A stretch of 64,000 bases of DNA from Mustelus asterias (taxonomy: Eukaryota): positions 78,430,001 to 78,494,000 of the forward strand of contig NC_135809.1 in the NCBI RefSeq assembly GCF_964213995.1. Reading direction: 5' to 3'. Of the stretch, positions 46,195 through 57,256 are shown piece by piece (positions within the stretch are counted from its first letter, which is position 1; each line of letters opens with the position of its first letter). The position numbers and the translations under genes were made by a program. Below the pieces are notes generated by a model that was not told where the DNA came from, did not search any database, and was given only the letters and a program-made list of their open reading frames with translations.

Positions 46195-47845
46195 GTAAAA
46201 TTCTCATTGCTGTTTTTAAATTCCACCATGGACTTGCCCCTCCGGATTTCTGTAATTTCCTTCAACCACACAAGTCTCCAAGATCTTTGCGGTTCTTTAA
46301 TCATTCCACCATTGGCTGGGCCCTCAGCTGCATGGCCCTGAAATTCTCTTCCTAAACCTTTCCACCTTGTCTTCTTCCATATTACACCGTTTAGAGCATA
46401 TCTCTCTGATCAAGCCTTTAGTCATCTCCCCTGTTAAGGACAGGGCAGTGAGGCAATCTGAACTCCATTATTTTTCTTGCTGGCTATTTGCAAGCAGAGT
46501 TGTTTTTATTTTTGGAATAGGCTGTGGCATGTTTCCCTAAACCCCCTATTTGTGATGTTAATTTGAAAGCGATTTGCAGCAAACTCTCTTTAGGGTTAAA
46601 TCAGAAATATTGTTTATTCATACATTTAAACCCGAGGAATGGTCGCAAATTCAGACATACACACACACACACAAGCGCACAATAAGAAGATAGGAAAGAG
46701 GGGTTTTTACAACTGTGAATACTTACGAGAAAAAAAACACAGGTACTGGGTGAGATTTTCTGGCTTCCGACTGCGTGTTTCACGCGACAGGAGGTGGCGT
46801 GCCATTCGCTGGCACAGGGATCTTCTGGTCCCCCCGCTGTCAATGGGATTTCCCATTGAATCCACTCCATGATACCAGGAACCCATGGCAGGGGTGCGCC
46901 ATTGACAGGACTGGAAAATCCAATCAGCTGAATGGCTGGGAAGTTCCAGCTGTGGATATCAGTTCATGTGATTGCCAGAATCCAGAAAGTCAGTGTCCAG
47001 TGAGAGTTCTTTCACTAAGGAGCTACAGTTCTGGCGGGCCTAGCTAGCCGAAGCAGGAATTCCAGAATTCCTTAAAAGTTGATGGTGACGCAGCGAGATG
47101 AGGTTGGTATACAGAGATTTCATCTGTTTCAACAGGCAATGGCAGGCCTTTTCTAGAGAAGCAAGCTTCGAAGAAGCAGAGACTTGCTATAGACCGTTGG
47201 TCAGCCTGGAGTTGTGCTGTGATGTTTGCAGGCTGGAGTTTAAACAGTAGACTGAGTTGTGAGTCTGGAAATGTAATATTGAAACTTTCCAAAGGCCAGA
47301 AGCTTAGATCATGTGATGTTGCCCATTTTAATGAATCACTTGCAGGCTGACGAGCAGTTTCTGTGCCTCTGGTCAAAATCCATTGTTCCCCTTAGGAGAC
47401 AGTGGCCAATAGCACCTCTGCAAATATAATAAACGTTGATGGCACTCCCTTCGTTATAGGACCAGGATAGGGAGATGGATCATCTCCTGATTCCAGGTTT
47501 TGTTGATTGCAATGTGTCATTACCATGAGAGGTTTGAGATTCCACAAGGACGTGGATTGAGCTTTTGTTTCGTTGCTGCTGTTGTAAATTTCCAGAAACT
47601 GTAGCCAACTTGTGAATCAAGTGACCTGTAGCAGCCATTATTTTGGTTCAGCAATGTCCACTCTTTAAATGAGCAAAAAAATGGTTTGATTCAACCAGTT
47701 TCTGATTTCTTTCATGTCTTCGGGACCTGATGGCCCTAATACCTCATTATGTGGCTTGCTGTCAATTTTTGATTTATGTTGCTGCTGTGAAGCACCTTGG
47801 AACATTATATTATGTTAGATCTGCTAAATAAATAAAAGATATTCT
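46195..47845 (+). mobile_element. L2 3' remnant interrupted by an LTR-like insert (46432-47732) that contains a MITE (46748-46950)
   Basis: KILIAVFKFHHGLAP L2 motif; L2 tail resumes at about 47733. The insert starts TGTTAAGG, has minus-strand AATAAA and an imperfect 4-bp TSD. Confidence 0.55.
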
Positions 47846-48554
47846 TTTATACTTTGTATAGCGACTTGGTTGTTTTGCATTCTGTGTAGTGACTGAGGTA
47901 ATTTAATACACAGTATATTGACCAGGCTGTTTTATATGCTGTATAATGATTTGATTATTTTGAATTCTGTATATTGACTGGACTTTTTTTTGCTAGACAT
48001 TATCTAGTGGCTTGCTCATTTATTTCTCGCTGATGTGTTTAAATCTGCAGAGAGGTGTTGTTGGAGAAAATGGTGTGATCGATATGGCCTTCTGCTTAGA
48101 AAGGCATTCATGAATGTTTGAAAATTTCTTAAATGAAAGCATTTATGCAAGTTTATTTTTGAACACCCAGTGATACCTGTGAACAAGGTTTGAACTGTTT
48201 CTGTACCTAGTGGCATGTGAACCTTATTTCCCGACAACTTCGTTGTTTCTAGGAAATTTTGTGACAAGTAATGTACTCATGTGGATTGTTTTGAATTCGG
48301 TGGTAGTGTCACCGTGGTTTTCTCCCTGATGATTTCCACAACCCTCCCCTGCCAAATCTAAGCTTTTCAGAGGTTGAAATTACAGGCCAGTGAAGGGTTG
48401 TTAGGGTACATAGATGGGCAATGCAGCCATTTACCAGCCCAGTCCTGCCCCCCCGCCCCCATACACAACAGTACACCGCCAAAGGGGCACATACTTTCAC
48501 TCACCATTCGCTGCCCATTCATCAGGTGAGTGGTCAGCCTGGAGTTGTGCTGTG

Positions 48555-48688
48555 GTGTTTGGTAGCAAACACCAAGGGGCAGTGCTCCAAAAGCTCGTGC
48601 TACCAAATAAACCTGTTGGACTTTAACGTGGTGTTGTGAGACTTCTTACTGTGTTCACCCCAGCCCAAAGCTGGCATCTCCACATCTT
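48555..48688 (+). mobile_element. PLE family A terminal-repeat fragment
   Basis: GCTACCAAATAAACCTGTTGGACTTTAA...GGCATCTCCACATC. Confidence 0.85.
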
Positions 48689-49633
48689 GGTCACCATGGG
48701 ACATTCTAGACCCAAGGAACCATAACTGTTTATTATGGACAGTCAATCTGTTCAGACCTCAGTGAGACCTAAAAAGGCCCATGGGGAAGAAAGTGGAATG
48801 AACCAGATGAAAAGCCAAGCACCATAAAACAGTAGAAACAGATCAAAAAGAGAAGGGAAAAGGATTTAACTAGAAGGTCTTCACTGGAATTCTCTTAGCA
48901 TACAAATTGTTATGAGGTTGCCTAGGTGAAAAAGGCCTCAACAAGACAATGGATGGAAGGAGAAAATGAAGGGAGGGAGGACTTCCACCAATTGGAAAGG
49001 TTGGTGAGGCATAGATTGTAAATGGCATATTAAGTTCAAAGTCATTAAGGTACCTGGGCAAATGGGAAAACAGCCACAATCTACAATAGAATATGGAATA
49101 CTGAACATTTTCCTACAGACAGTGAAAAGAATGGAAAGAACAATATTTCAAAAGAGGAGATAAAAACTAGTGTAAAGTCTACTCCGGAATTAGCCTCTTG
49201 GGCGTAACTGATAAAGTATTTGTCAGTCTTGAGTAATCAAATTGCAAATAAAAAGATCATTAACTTCTTGGTGGAATGGGTTGAGCTATAACTGAGGGAA
49301 AGTATACCAATCTGTTTACCCTCAGGCAGCTATCTGAAAAATACCATGAAAACAACCAATATCTCATTGAGAGTGTTTTCAGACAAGTATTTGACAAGAT
49401 CTGAAGAGACAGATTGTGAGCAATAATATGGAACTGTGAGCTGAATGTAAATAGGGTTGTAAGCCTGCGCGGTGTATGATTATTTTCTAAATGCTGGGTG
49501 AGCATATATGAGTTGTCTGGCTGGTTGAAGTAGTCATGATGTGGAGATGCCGGCGTTGGACTGGGGTAAACACAGTAAGAAGTTTAATAACACCAGGTTA
49601 AAGTCCAACAGGTTTATTTGGTAGCAAAAGCCA

Positions 49634-49670
49634 CACAAGCTTTCGGAGCTGCAAGCCCCTTCTTCAGGTG
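49634..49670 (-). ncRNA. Minimal type I hammerhead ribozyme motif
   Basis: CAC-CUGAAGA-A-GGGGC(UUGCA)GCUCC-GAAA-GC-UU-GUG. Confidence 0.75.
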
Positions 49671-49758
49671 AGTGGGAATTCTGTTCACAAACAGGGCATT
49701 ATTCATGTAAATTGAGTTTGTGTCTTTATATGCTCTGTTTGTGAACAGAATTCCCACT

Positions 49759-49795
49759 CACCTGAAGAAGGGGCTTGCAGCTCCGAAAGCTTGTG
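49759..49795 (+). ncRNA. Minimal type I hammerhead ribozyme motif
   Basis: Exact inverse copy of 49634-49670; predicted cleavage after 49792. Confidence 0.75.
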
Positions 49796-51664
49796 TGGCT
49801 TTTGCTACCAAATAAACCTGTTGGACTTTAATCTGGTGTTATTAAACTTCTTACTGGTTGAAGTAGCGCAAGGCTGTTGCATTTCTCAAGTGTATCAAAG
49901 TAATGTTAGCTGCAATTGTAAGGAATCTGGATGCTGTGAATGGAGATGTTAAATGGTGTGAAATTTGCCAGTGACGCTGCTGTTATTGCTGGAAGTAGGA
50001 ATGTCGCCAAAAGTCTGACCAACAAAATTTATAGAGGAAGCAAAACATTTGACCTGAACTTAAATACGGTCAAGATGACATTGCTTTTGTTTGACCAGAG
50101 GTTAGAATAAATGAAAAAGGAATGAACAATGAATTATTTTGATCTGGAATGTACTGCCTGATCACTGGGTGGAAGCAGATTCAATCGTAACTTTCAAAAG
50201 GGAATTGGCTAATTACTTGAAAAGGAGGAAATTACAGGGTTCTGGTTAAAGGGCAGGGATTGGGACTAATTTGATAACTCAGCCAAGAAACCAGCCTAGG
50301 TATGATGGGCTGAGTGGATTCCTGTGTAATACAATTCCATAAATAGAGCAAGTTCTCTGGTGAAATGTTCAGAGGTGGTGGTAATCATCCTGGCAGCTGC
50401 TGCTCATTGCTGGTTGAGGAGTTTTTTCTTTGCAAGTCAAACTTGACATACATGAACCTTCAGTGGCACTTGGCATGCAACATTGCCACATGGGAGAGGA
50501 TGAGCAAAGATCACTTGTCCCATCCTTCCTATCTTCTAGGTAATTTTAGGATCATCAGGCATGTATGTAACATGAGGCAGAAATAAAATCTGGGCAGAGG
50601 AAAAACACTATTAGACGGAGTCAATGAAAGCTGTGCAAACAGAATGGCTGAAGGCAGGTGCTAAATATTGTTGTAACACCACCACATAGCGGGACCAAAA
50701 TATAAACAAAACTCCTGAAAATATTGATCAAACACTCTTAAGGCTTGTTGTGTTATGATATACACTGCATATGGGTTAGAAGATGATATATACTATGTGA
50801 ATTGGCATTTGTGATTGAGACTGTGTGGGTTGAGATGAGTGATGTACACTGTGTATACGTCAGTCCTGATATGCATGGTGTGTGGTTTGTGTTCTGTATT
50901 ACACTGTATATGAATTGGGATGTGATATGCATTGTATTTGGGTTGGGGTGCAATATGTGCTGTACGTGAGTTGGGTTCTGATATACACTGTATAATAGTT
51001 GGATTGCATCATACACATTATAGGTTGGGTTCTGTTATGCACCATATATAGGTTGAATTCCGATACAAGCCGAAGAGGCTGGTTTTCTTTATATAGGGTT
51101 GAGTTATGATTTACACTTTGGCCAGAATTCTCCGAAACCACCCCGCGGTGTGTTTGTTGGTGTGTGGACGTGGAAAATCTGGTGAGGGACAAAAAGTTGG
51201 AAACAAGCCGGCGCAAAAGCACGTTGCAATTTTCCCAATGGCAGGTTAACGGTGGGTCGGTCTTCCCGCTGGTTCGTGTTGCGAATGTCATTTACATTCA
51301 TGTTCATCTCATGAATGTTCATTAAAACAGCTGCTGCTGGTGTCCCATCAGGCCTTTCAGTTTAGTGTCATGTCAGCAGGAAATGACATCAGCGTCAAAC
51401 CTGATTGGTAAAGGCTGACATGCGAAAGGCGGTCATCAGCTCGCCAGAGACTTTGAGATGAGTCCAACATGCAACGCCTACCTGCCATAGTGCTGCTCTG
51501 CTGTTGATACACCACTGTGCCAGATAGACCCATTCCTGCCCCCCATCTCTATGCCGAGCTGGTTTTCATGGAGAGCACTGTGCTGCTGGACCCATGGACC
51601 CTCCTGTGTCACCAATTAGAATCAGTCCTGCACCTGAGGTTGGGGAGTACAAGGATCTCCCTCC

Positions 51665-52207
51665 AAACCAAAAGAGAAAACGCTGGAAAATCTCAGCAGG
51701 TCTGGCAGCATCTGTAAGGAGAGAAAAGAACTGACGTTTTGAGTCCAGAAGACCCTTTGTCAAAGCTAAAAGACATAGAAAGTGGGAGATATTTATAACC
51801 GCCCCCCCCCCACTCTTTCCTTCCCCCTACTTCATCCCCCTTCCCTTACCTTTTCTCTCCCCACCCACTTCCTCTTTTCTATATTCTACCTCTGTCCCAT
51901 CCCCCCCGCAATCCCCCAACATCTCCATCTGTCACAGCTTACAGCTTCTCTGCCTTTTATTCTCTCTGTGGACAGTTATTAGCAGACTTTTCCCCTGGTT
52001 TCTGTGGCTATGACTCATCTTTCATTCCCTCACCCTGCAGTATAAATATCTCCCACTTTCTATGCCTTTTAGCTTTGACAAAGGGTCTTCTGGACTCAAA
52101 ACGTCAGCTCTTTTCTCTCCTTACAGATGCTGCCAAACCTGCTGAGATTTTCCAGCATTTTCTCTTTTGGCTTCAGATTCCAGCATCTGCAGTAATTTGC
52201 TTTTATT
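51665..52207 (+). mobile_element. PLE family B fragment with inverted terminal repeats
   Basis: 51665-51797 is inverted at 52041-52172; 14-bp near-TSD AAGGATCTC(C/A)CTCC; variant hammerhead motifs at 51730-51766 (-) and 52072-52108 (+). Confidence 0.85.
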
Positions 52208-52548
52208 AAGGATCTCACTCCCCCTGGTGCCATGCACCAGTGTGTATCTGGACAGCACTGTGCTGCGGGATTCATGCAGCCACAACAACAAAGGTCTAAG
52301 GTTTGACCGTGGGTGGAGTGTGAGGTGAGGGAGGAGGATGGGGGTGGGCAGACGAAGATAAGGGGGGCAAATGTAGAATGAAGGGGGGTTGAGTTAAGGA
52401 CAAGGGCTCATGATGGCAGACAGAGGGATAAGGAGGTGGATGAAGTAGATGAATGGAAGGCAGAGGGAAGACCGAGAGAAGGGAAACTGGACCCTGACAT
52501 GGCTGCTTGAAATGCATGCAAACGAGGGACCTAGGGGCCATCATATGA

Positions 52549-52862
52549 ATCATAGAATCCTACATTGCAGAAGGAGGCCATTTGGCCCATCGAGTCAGAA
52601 CCGACCACAATCCCACCCAGGCCCTATCCCCATAAGCTCTGAAATTTATCCCAGCTAGTCCCACTGACACTAAGGGGCAATTTAGCATGGCCAATCCACC
52701 TAACTGCACATTTTTGGAGTGTGGGAAGAAACCAGAACACCCGGAGGAAACCCCCACAGACACGGGGAGAACGTGCAAACTCCACACAGACAGTGACCCA
52801 AGCCGGGAATTGAACCCGGGTCCCTGGCGCTGTGAGGCAGCAATGCTAGCCACTGTGCCACC
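52549..52862 (-). mobile_element. HE1-type V-SINE
   Basis: Same head, body and tail as the other copies. Confidence 0.93.
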
Positions 52863-54100
52863 TTTCACTTGAAGGGGATGAATGCAGATGACAGATCAAT
52901 AGATGGGTGCATGAAGGTTACTGTTCATAGTGCTTTTTGGAAATTGGAATTATGTCAAGGCTCCTAGTTAAGTTCAGGGCTGGCAGGCAGGAATCAGAGG
53001 GTGTAGAAGTTCCTGCTGAGAAATGGAAAGGAGTCATAAATGTCGGACAGTGCAGGGGTGATGTGGACCTCAGTCTGAAGTCAGAGAAAGAAGACAGTGC
53101 AGAAGAGCGCAGCGGGCATGCAGATGGTGCAAACATTGGAAACATGGTGTACCCCAGCTGCATGGAGGGGTAAGAGCTGCGTGCTTCAAACGTAAAATGT
53201 ACAGCTTGGTGTGCACAGCTGTCCTACAGCTGATGTCTCTGGGTGTGGCAGAGTCTGTGTTGGTGTGAGGGTATGGCAAGGGTCATGGGGGCACCTGTAA
53301 CCTGTAGGTAGGGATCGTGTAAGGAGGGGAGTTATGTGAAACTGTCATTGCGTGCGGGTGGGGGGGCGGGTGGGTGGAGGGTGAGGCACGTGCAGGCAGG
53401 GACCCTAAAGTGACGGTGCAATTAGCCTTGAAACGGGATGGGTACAGGTCCACGTGAGGCTTGGGCACTCAGAGATGATGGGCTCAGTAGTGGGGGTGGC
53501 CAGACGAAGATCGTTGAGGCGGTGGGGGGGGAATGTGCAAGGAGTGCTGTGCAATATCTATCCCACAATGACAAGATCCAGTAGTAGTGGGGGAGGCTGG
53601 GGAATAACAGGTGGCATCTCCACCTGCACATTGTGAGGCTCCAGGTAACTCAAAAGCATGCGGTCAATGAGAGAGGGAGGGTCGAACTCCATGCTGTCAC
53701 AGAAACGTAGTATCTGGACACTCAAATAAAATGGCACCTTCCAAAGTCAGAAGTAAGATTGGTTACGTCTGGGAAGGGTAGAATGAGATGTGGGAGAACT
53801 GCAAAGCGGGGCTTTGGGGCTCTTTCTTGGCATTCATACTCACTTGTTGTTGCCTCTACAGTGGACAGGGTCCAGGTCAGTTACACAAGAGGCATACTCC
53901 ATTGCCCAGGAAGCAACAGCAAGCCAAATTTCACATTTCACTCTCTGAAAGGGATAGGCACAGTTCAATTGATGTGTGTCAAATTTGGAAATGTTACATA
54001 GCGGAAGACAGGAATGCAGCCTTGGGGAGTGAAGGGGAACAGCTGCATCAATTCTGCCATCCCATCACAGCTTAACAATGAAGGCTGTTTATCAGTGGCC

Positions 54101-54159
54101 ATGATGTGGCGATGCCGGCGTTGGACTGGGGTGTGGAGATGCCGGCATTGGACTCTGGG
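54101..54159 (-). mobile_element. PLE family A extreme 3' tail, two tandem copies
   Basis: TGTGG(C/A)GATGCCGGC(G/A)TTGGACT twice, flanked by duplicated TATCAGTGGCC. Confidence 0.8.
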
Positions 54160-54689
54160 TATCAGTGGCCAAACAGATTCCATTCACTCACCATGAGCAA
54201 ACAAGTGCTCATAGTTATGACAAATCAATGAGTGGAGTTCAGAGCCACATTGGTTCAATGATGAAAATCACAGGTTCACACCTGCCACAGGTATAACACA
54301 TGTGGGATGGAATGCTGCTCACCTGTCCCGCGTGTGCTAGAGTCCCAGGGCTAAGGTAGCTTGAGGGAGCAATCCAATCTAAGGTGCCAAAGCTTAACTT
54401 GCCCGACTTCTCCCATAGGTCTCTCGTTCACACCTTTGTATTCAGCACCCTTTATCTATTCTGGTCTTCAATATCTCTTTACAGAGAGGAGCTAAAAGTG
54501 AGAATGGATCCAGTGGGGCAGGGAGCTTTTATACAAATCCTCATTTGAAAGAGGGAAAGGTGTCTGCATGTGCAGTTCCAGCAGGAGGCACTGCATGCGG
54601 GACAAGGCCAGGGGGAGCGGGGGCATCAACAAGAGGCTGAGGAGCAGAGACCCAGACTGCAGAGACGACCAGCAATGACACTTGTCCAT

Positions 54690-55210
54690 GAGTCTCCTTT
54701 CTGCAAGTGAGTGAGAGGCAGTACAGGGCATGGCTGCCATTGTCCAGAGATCTGGTCCATCACATAAGCCACTTGCCCCGAGAAGACCTGACACCACATG
54801 GGTTTGGAGGCTTCCCCCTGCCAGTGGCCCTGAAGGCGACAGCAGCATTCATTTTCTTTGCCTCTGGGTCTTAGGCAGCAACTGGTGATCTGTGTGGCAT
54901 TTCAGCAACACATTGGTGCATTCAGGAGGTGGCCAATGCCCTTAACAGGAGGGCCCATCATTATGTGAACTTTATTCTGCATGAGGATCACCAGGCACAG
55001 AGATTCATGAGGTTTGCAGCTATCTCTGGGTCACCAAGAGTTCAGGGAGCATAGGCTATACCCATGAGGTTCATCAACCGCAAGGGCTTCCATTCTGTCA
55101 ATGTGCAGTTGGAAGTGACCATAGAAAGCACATCCTACACGTTTGTGCACAGTTCCCTGGGAGTTGCCCTGACTCTGACCTCCTCAATCACTCCCAGGTG
55201 CTTAATCTCT
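54690..55210 (+). pseudogene. Harbinger (HARBI1-like) DDE transposase remnant
   Basis: LPVALKATAAFIFFASGS*AATGDLCGIS, FAAISGSPRVQGA, FINRKGFHSVNVQL, HILHVCAQFPGSCPDS; stops, frameshifts and a C-terminal deletion. Confidence 0.88.
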
Positions 55211-57256
55211 GAGTGTGGGAGAGGTTGAACATCGGAATAAGAGCATTGCAAAAATTCAAACCCAAAGGTTTTCATCTGATCAAAACATTCACATTCTCAT
55301 GGAATGGCTTTTAAAAGAATGTAATTTATTCACAGTGATAGAATACCCATGATCCTGAGGTGACAGCTAAACCTTTTTACTTTCCTAACCCCTATCACTG
55401 CACAACTTGACAACTGCAGCAAGGGCAGAGGCAGCCAGCTGCACCCTGATGCCTGTGATGACCTTGGCGGTTGTACACTGGTGGCTCTGGAGGGGCCCAG
55501 TCTCATAAGGGTCTCCTGCTCAGGAGCAGAAACACCCTTGTTGGTGTGGCCTGCTGGAGTTGGTATGGACGCAGGCAGAAGGGACTATGAGCAGCGGCAT
55601 AAACTTGGGGTGTCCTGAAAGGAGTGTCTGGCTAACGTTCATCTTCCCAGGAGGTGTCATAGGGGTCCGACATGACTCCTGGAGGAGATGGGGCACCTGG
55701 AGGGAGGACAAGGTGCCTGGTCCCCATGTGACCTAGATCCTGATGGTGCCCACCAGAGGTTGGGTAAATCACAGATCTCCTGTAAGTAGTGAGCCCGCCT
55801 CAAAAAGGATAGAGATTGGAGATTGAGCAACAAGACAGATGAGATGGTGGTGTTGTGAAAGTCTTGTTGAGACGGCAAGTGCTGAAATGTATTTCCTGAG
55901 ATTGAATGTGTGAGATCCGTGAAGCGAATAGCCGTTTGACTACATGATGCTATGCTGGGAGCTGAGAGAGGACTTACCATGGCAGAGCAGATCCTGGATA
56001 TTGCTGCAGGGGTGTGTGACAGCCATACTGACCTCCTGGGCAACAACTTTCCAAACTGGAGAGGTGAGGCTGATGTGGTTCTTTGACCCTTCCCTGGGAT
56101 AGAGGGCATGCTGGTGGGCCCAAGCTCCCTGAACAAGGCCGTACTAAAAGCTGGTGCTGCCTTCTTGAGGCTGTTAACCCTTCCCCCTGGGTTCCAGATA
56201 CCCTGCACGGTCTGGTGAAGATAGGTGGGCTGGAGAGTGTGATACGAGTGTGCTGGACATTTAAAAATAGCACCAGAGACCTTCAAACCCGTCAGCTGCG
56301 GGTGGGGGAAATGCATCAGTTGCTGGCTCACCAGGAGAGTCGGAGGGGAACTTGTCTGTACATAACTAATGAGGTTCCAAATGCTGAATCTGGCGTGGGA
56401 TCGCGTTCTTCTCATCAGCAGGACAGACGCTTCTGGAGCTGCCCTCCATCGTATTTAGCATCAAATTGGGAGAATTCTGCCCTGTTTATATATGTTGGGC
56501 TCTGTTAGACTATTTGTACAAATTGGAATGTGATATACTCTATCCAGAGGCTGCCCTCGGTTTTACATTGTATAGGTTGGATTATACCACACACTCACCC
56601 CTTAGAGGTTGAGTCATTGACGATGAGTTGCATTATGCTCTAGAAAGGAGGGATTGGATGTTACGATTGAATTGAGGAGATTTTCTGTATTATATAGAAG
56701 GTGTGCTGTGTTTTACACTGTATTTGATATTGTATACTGTATAAAGTATTAGTCTTAATTTAGTTGAGTAGGTGTCTTGCTCTTTGTCGAGGTTGGCTTG
56801 TATTTTACAACTTTTGTTTATCTCGGGCCTTTAACATCGAAAAATATCCTCTCCACTGAAGTGTGAGAAAAATAGAATGTGCAAAAAAGGAGAGATTTGG
56901 AGAGTTGAGGAAAGCTTGGTTAAGGTATTAAATGTTAAGGAGGACTTTGTTATAATTCACTGAATAAAGGAAATATCTGGAGCTAGGCTTTCCATAACAT
57001 CAGTTTATTCACAATCTCCAGCAAACATAGCTACCGACTTCCACCCTTCTGCCCACCCTCCACACAGTTCTTCTTTATGTTTAAGAATAATGGGGCGGCA
57101 CAGTGTGTGATGTTAGTGTACCTTTAAGAGATTTTTTTTCTAAATCATGTTTTCTTCAGTTTTTTCATTATGGCACCAGCGCGTCTTGAGGTCCTTTTAT
57201 TGCTACTTAAATGGGGGTTTGTTTATTTTTACTTTGGGATTTTATGATTCTGCATT

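Larger units (their letters stand above)
49534..49853. mobile_element. Non-coding fold-back PLE mini-element (two inverted terminal repeats)
   Basis: Inverted arms of about 125 bp; perfect 13-bp TSD CTGGTTGAAGTAG (49521-49533, 49854-49866). Confidence 0.92.
48880..50680 (+). mobile_element. Old RTE-clade LINE remnant
   Basis: IWNTEHFP, KRGDKN.CKVYSGISLL, NLFTLRQLSEKYHE, FASDAAVIA; interrupted by a PLE and a CR1 piece (50130-50340). Confidence 0.65.
51119..56482. mobile_element. Harbinger DNA transposon, degenerate, about 5.4 kb with nested inserts
   Basis: Imperfect TIRs GGCCAGAATTCTCC / GGGAGAATTCTGCCC enclose a transposase remnant; the same AT-rich repeat flanks both sides. Confidence 0.75.

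Noticed and set aside
54690-55210. Host HARBI1 gene
   Set aside because: Stops, frameshifts and enclosing TIRs indicate a decayed transposon.
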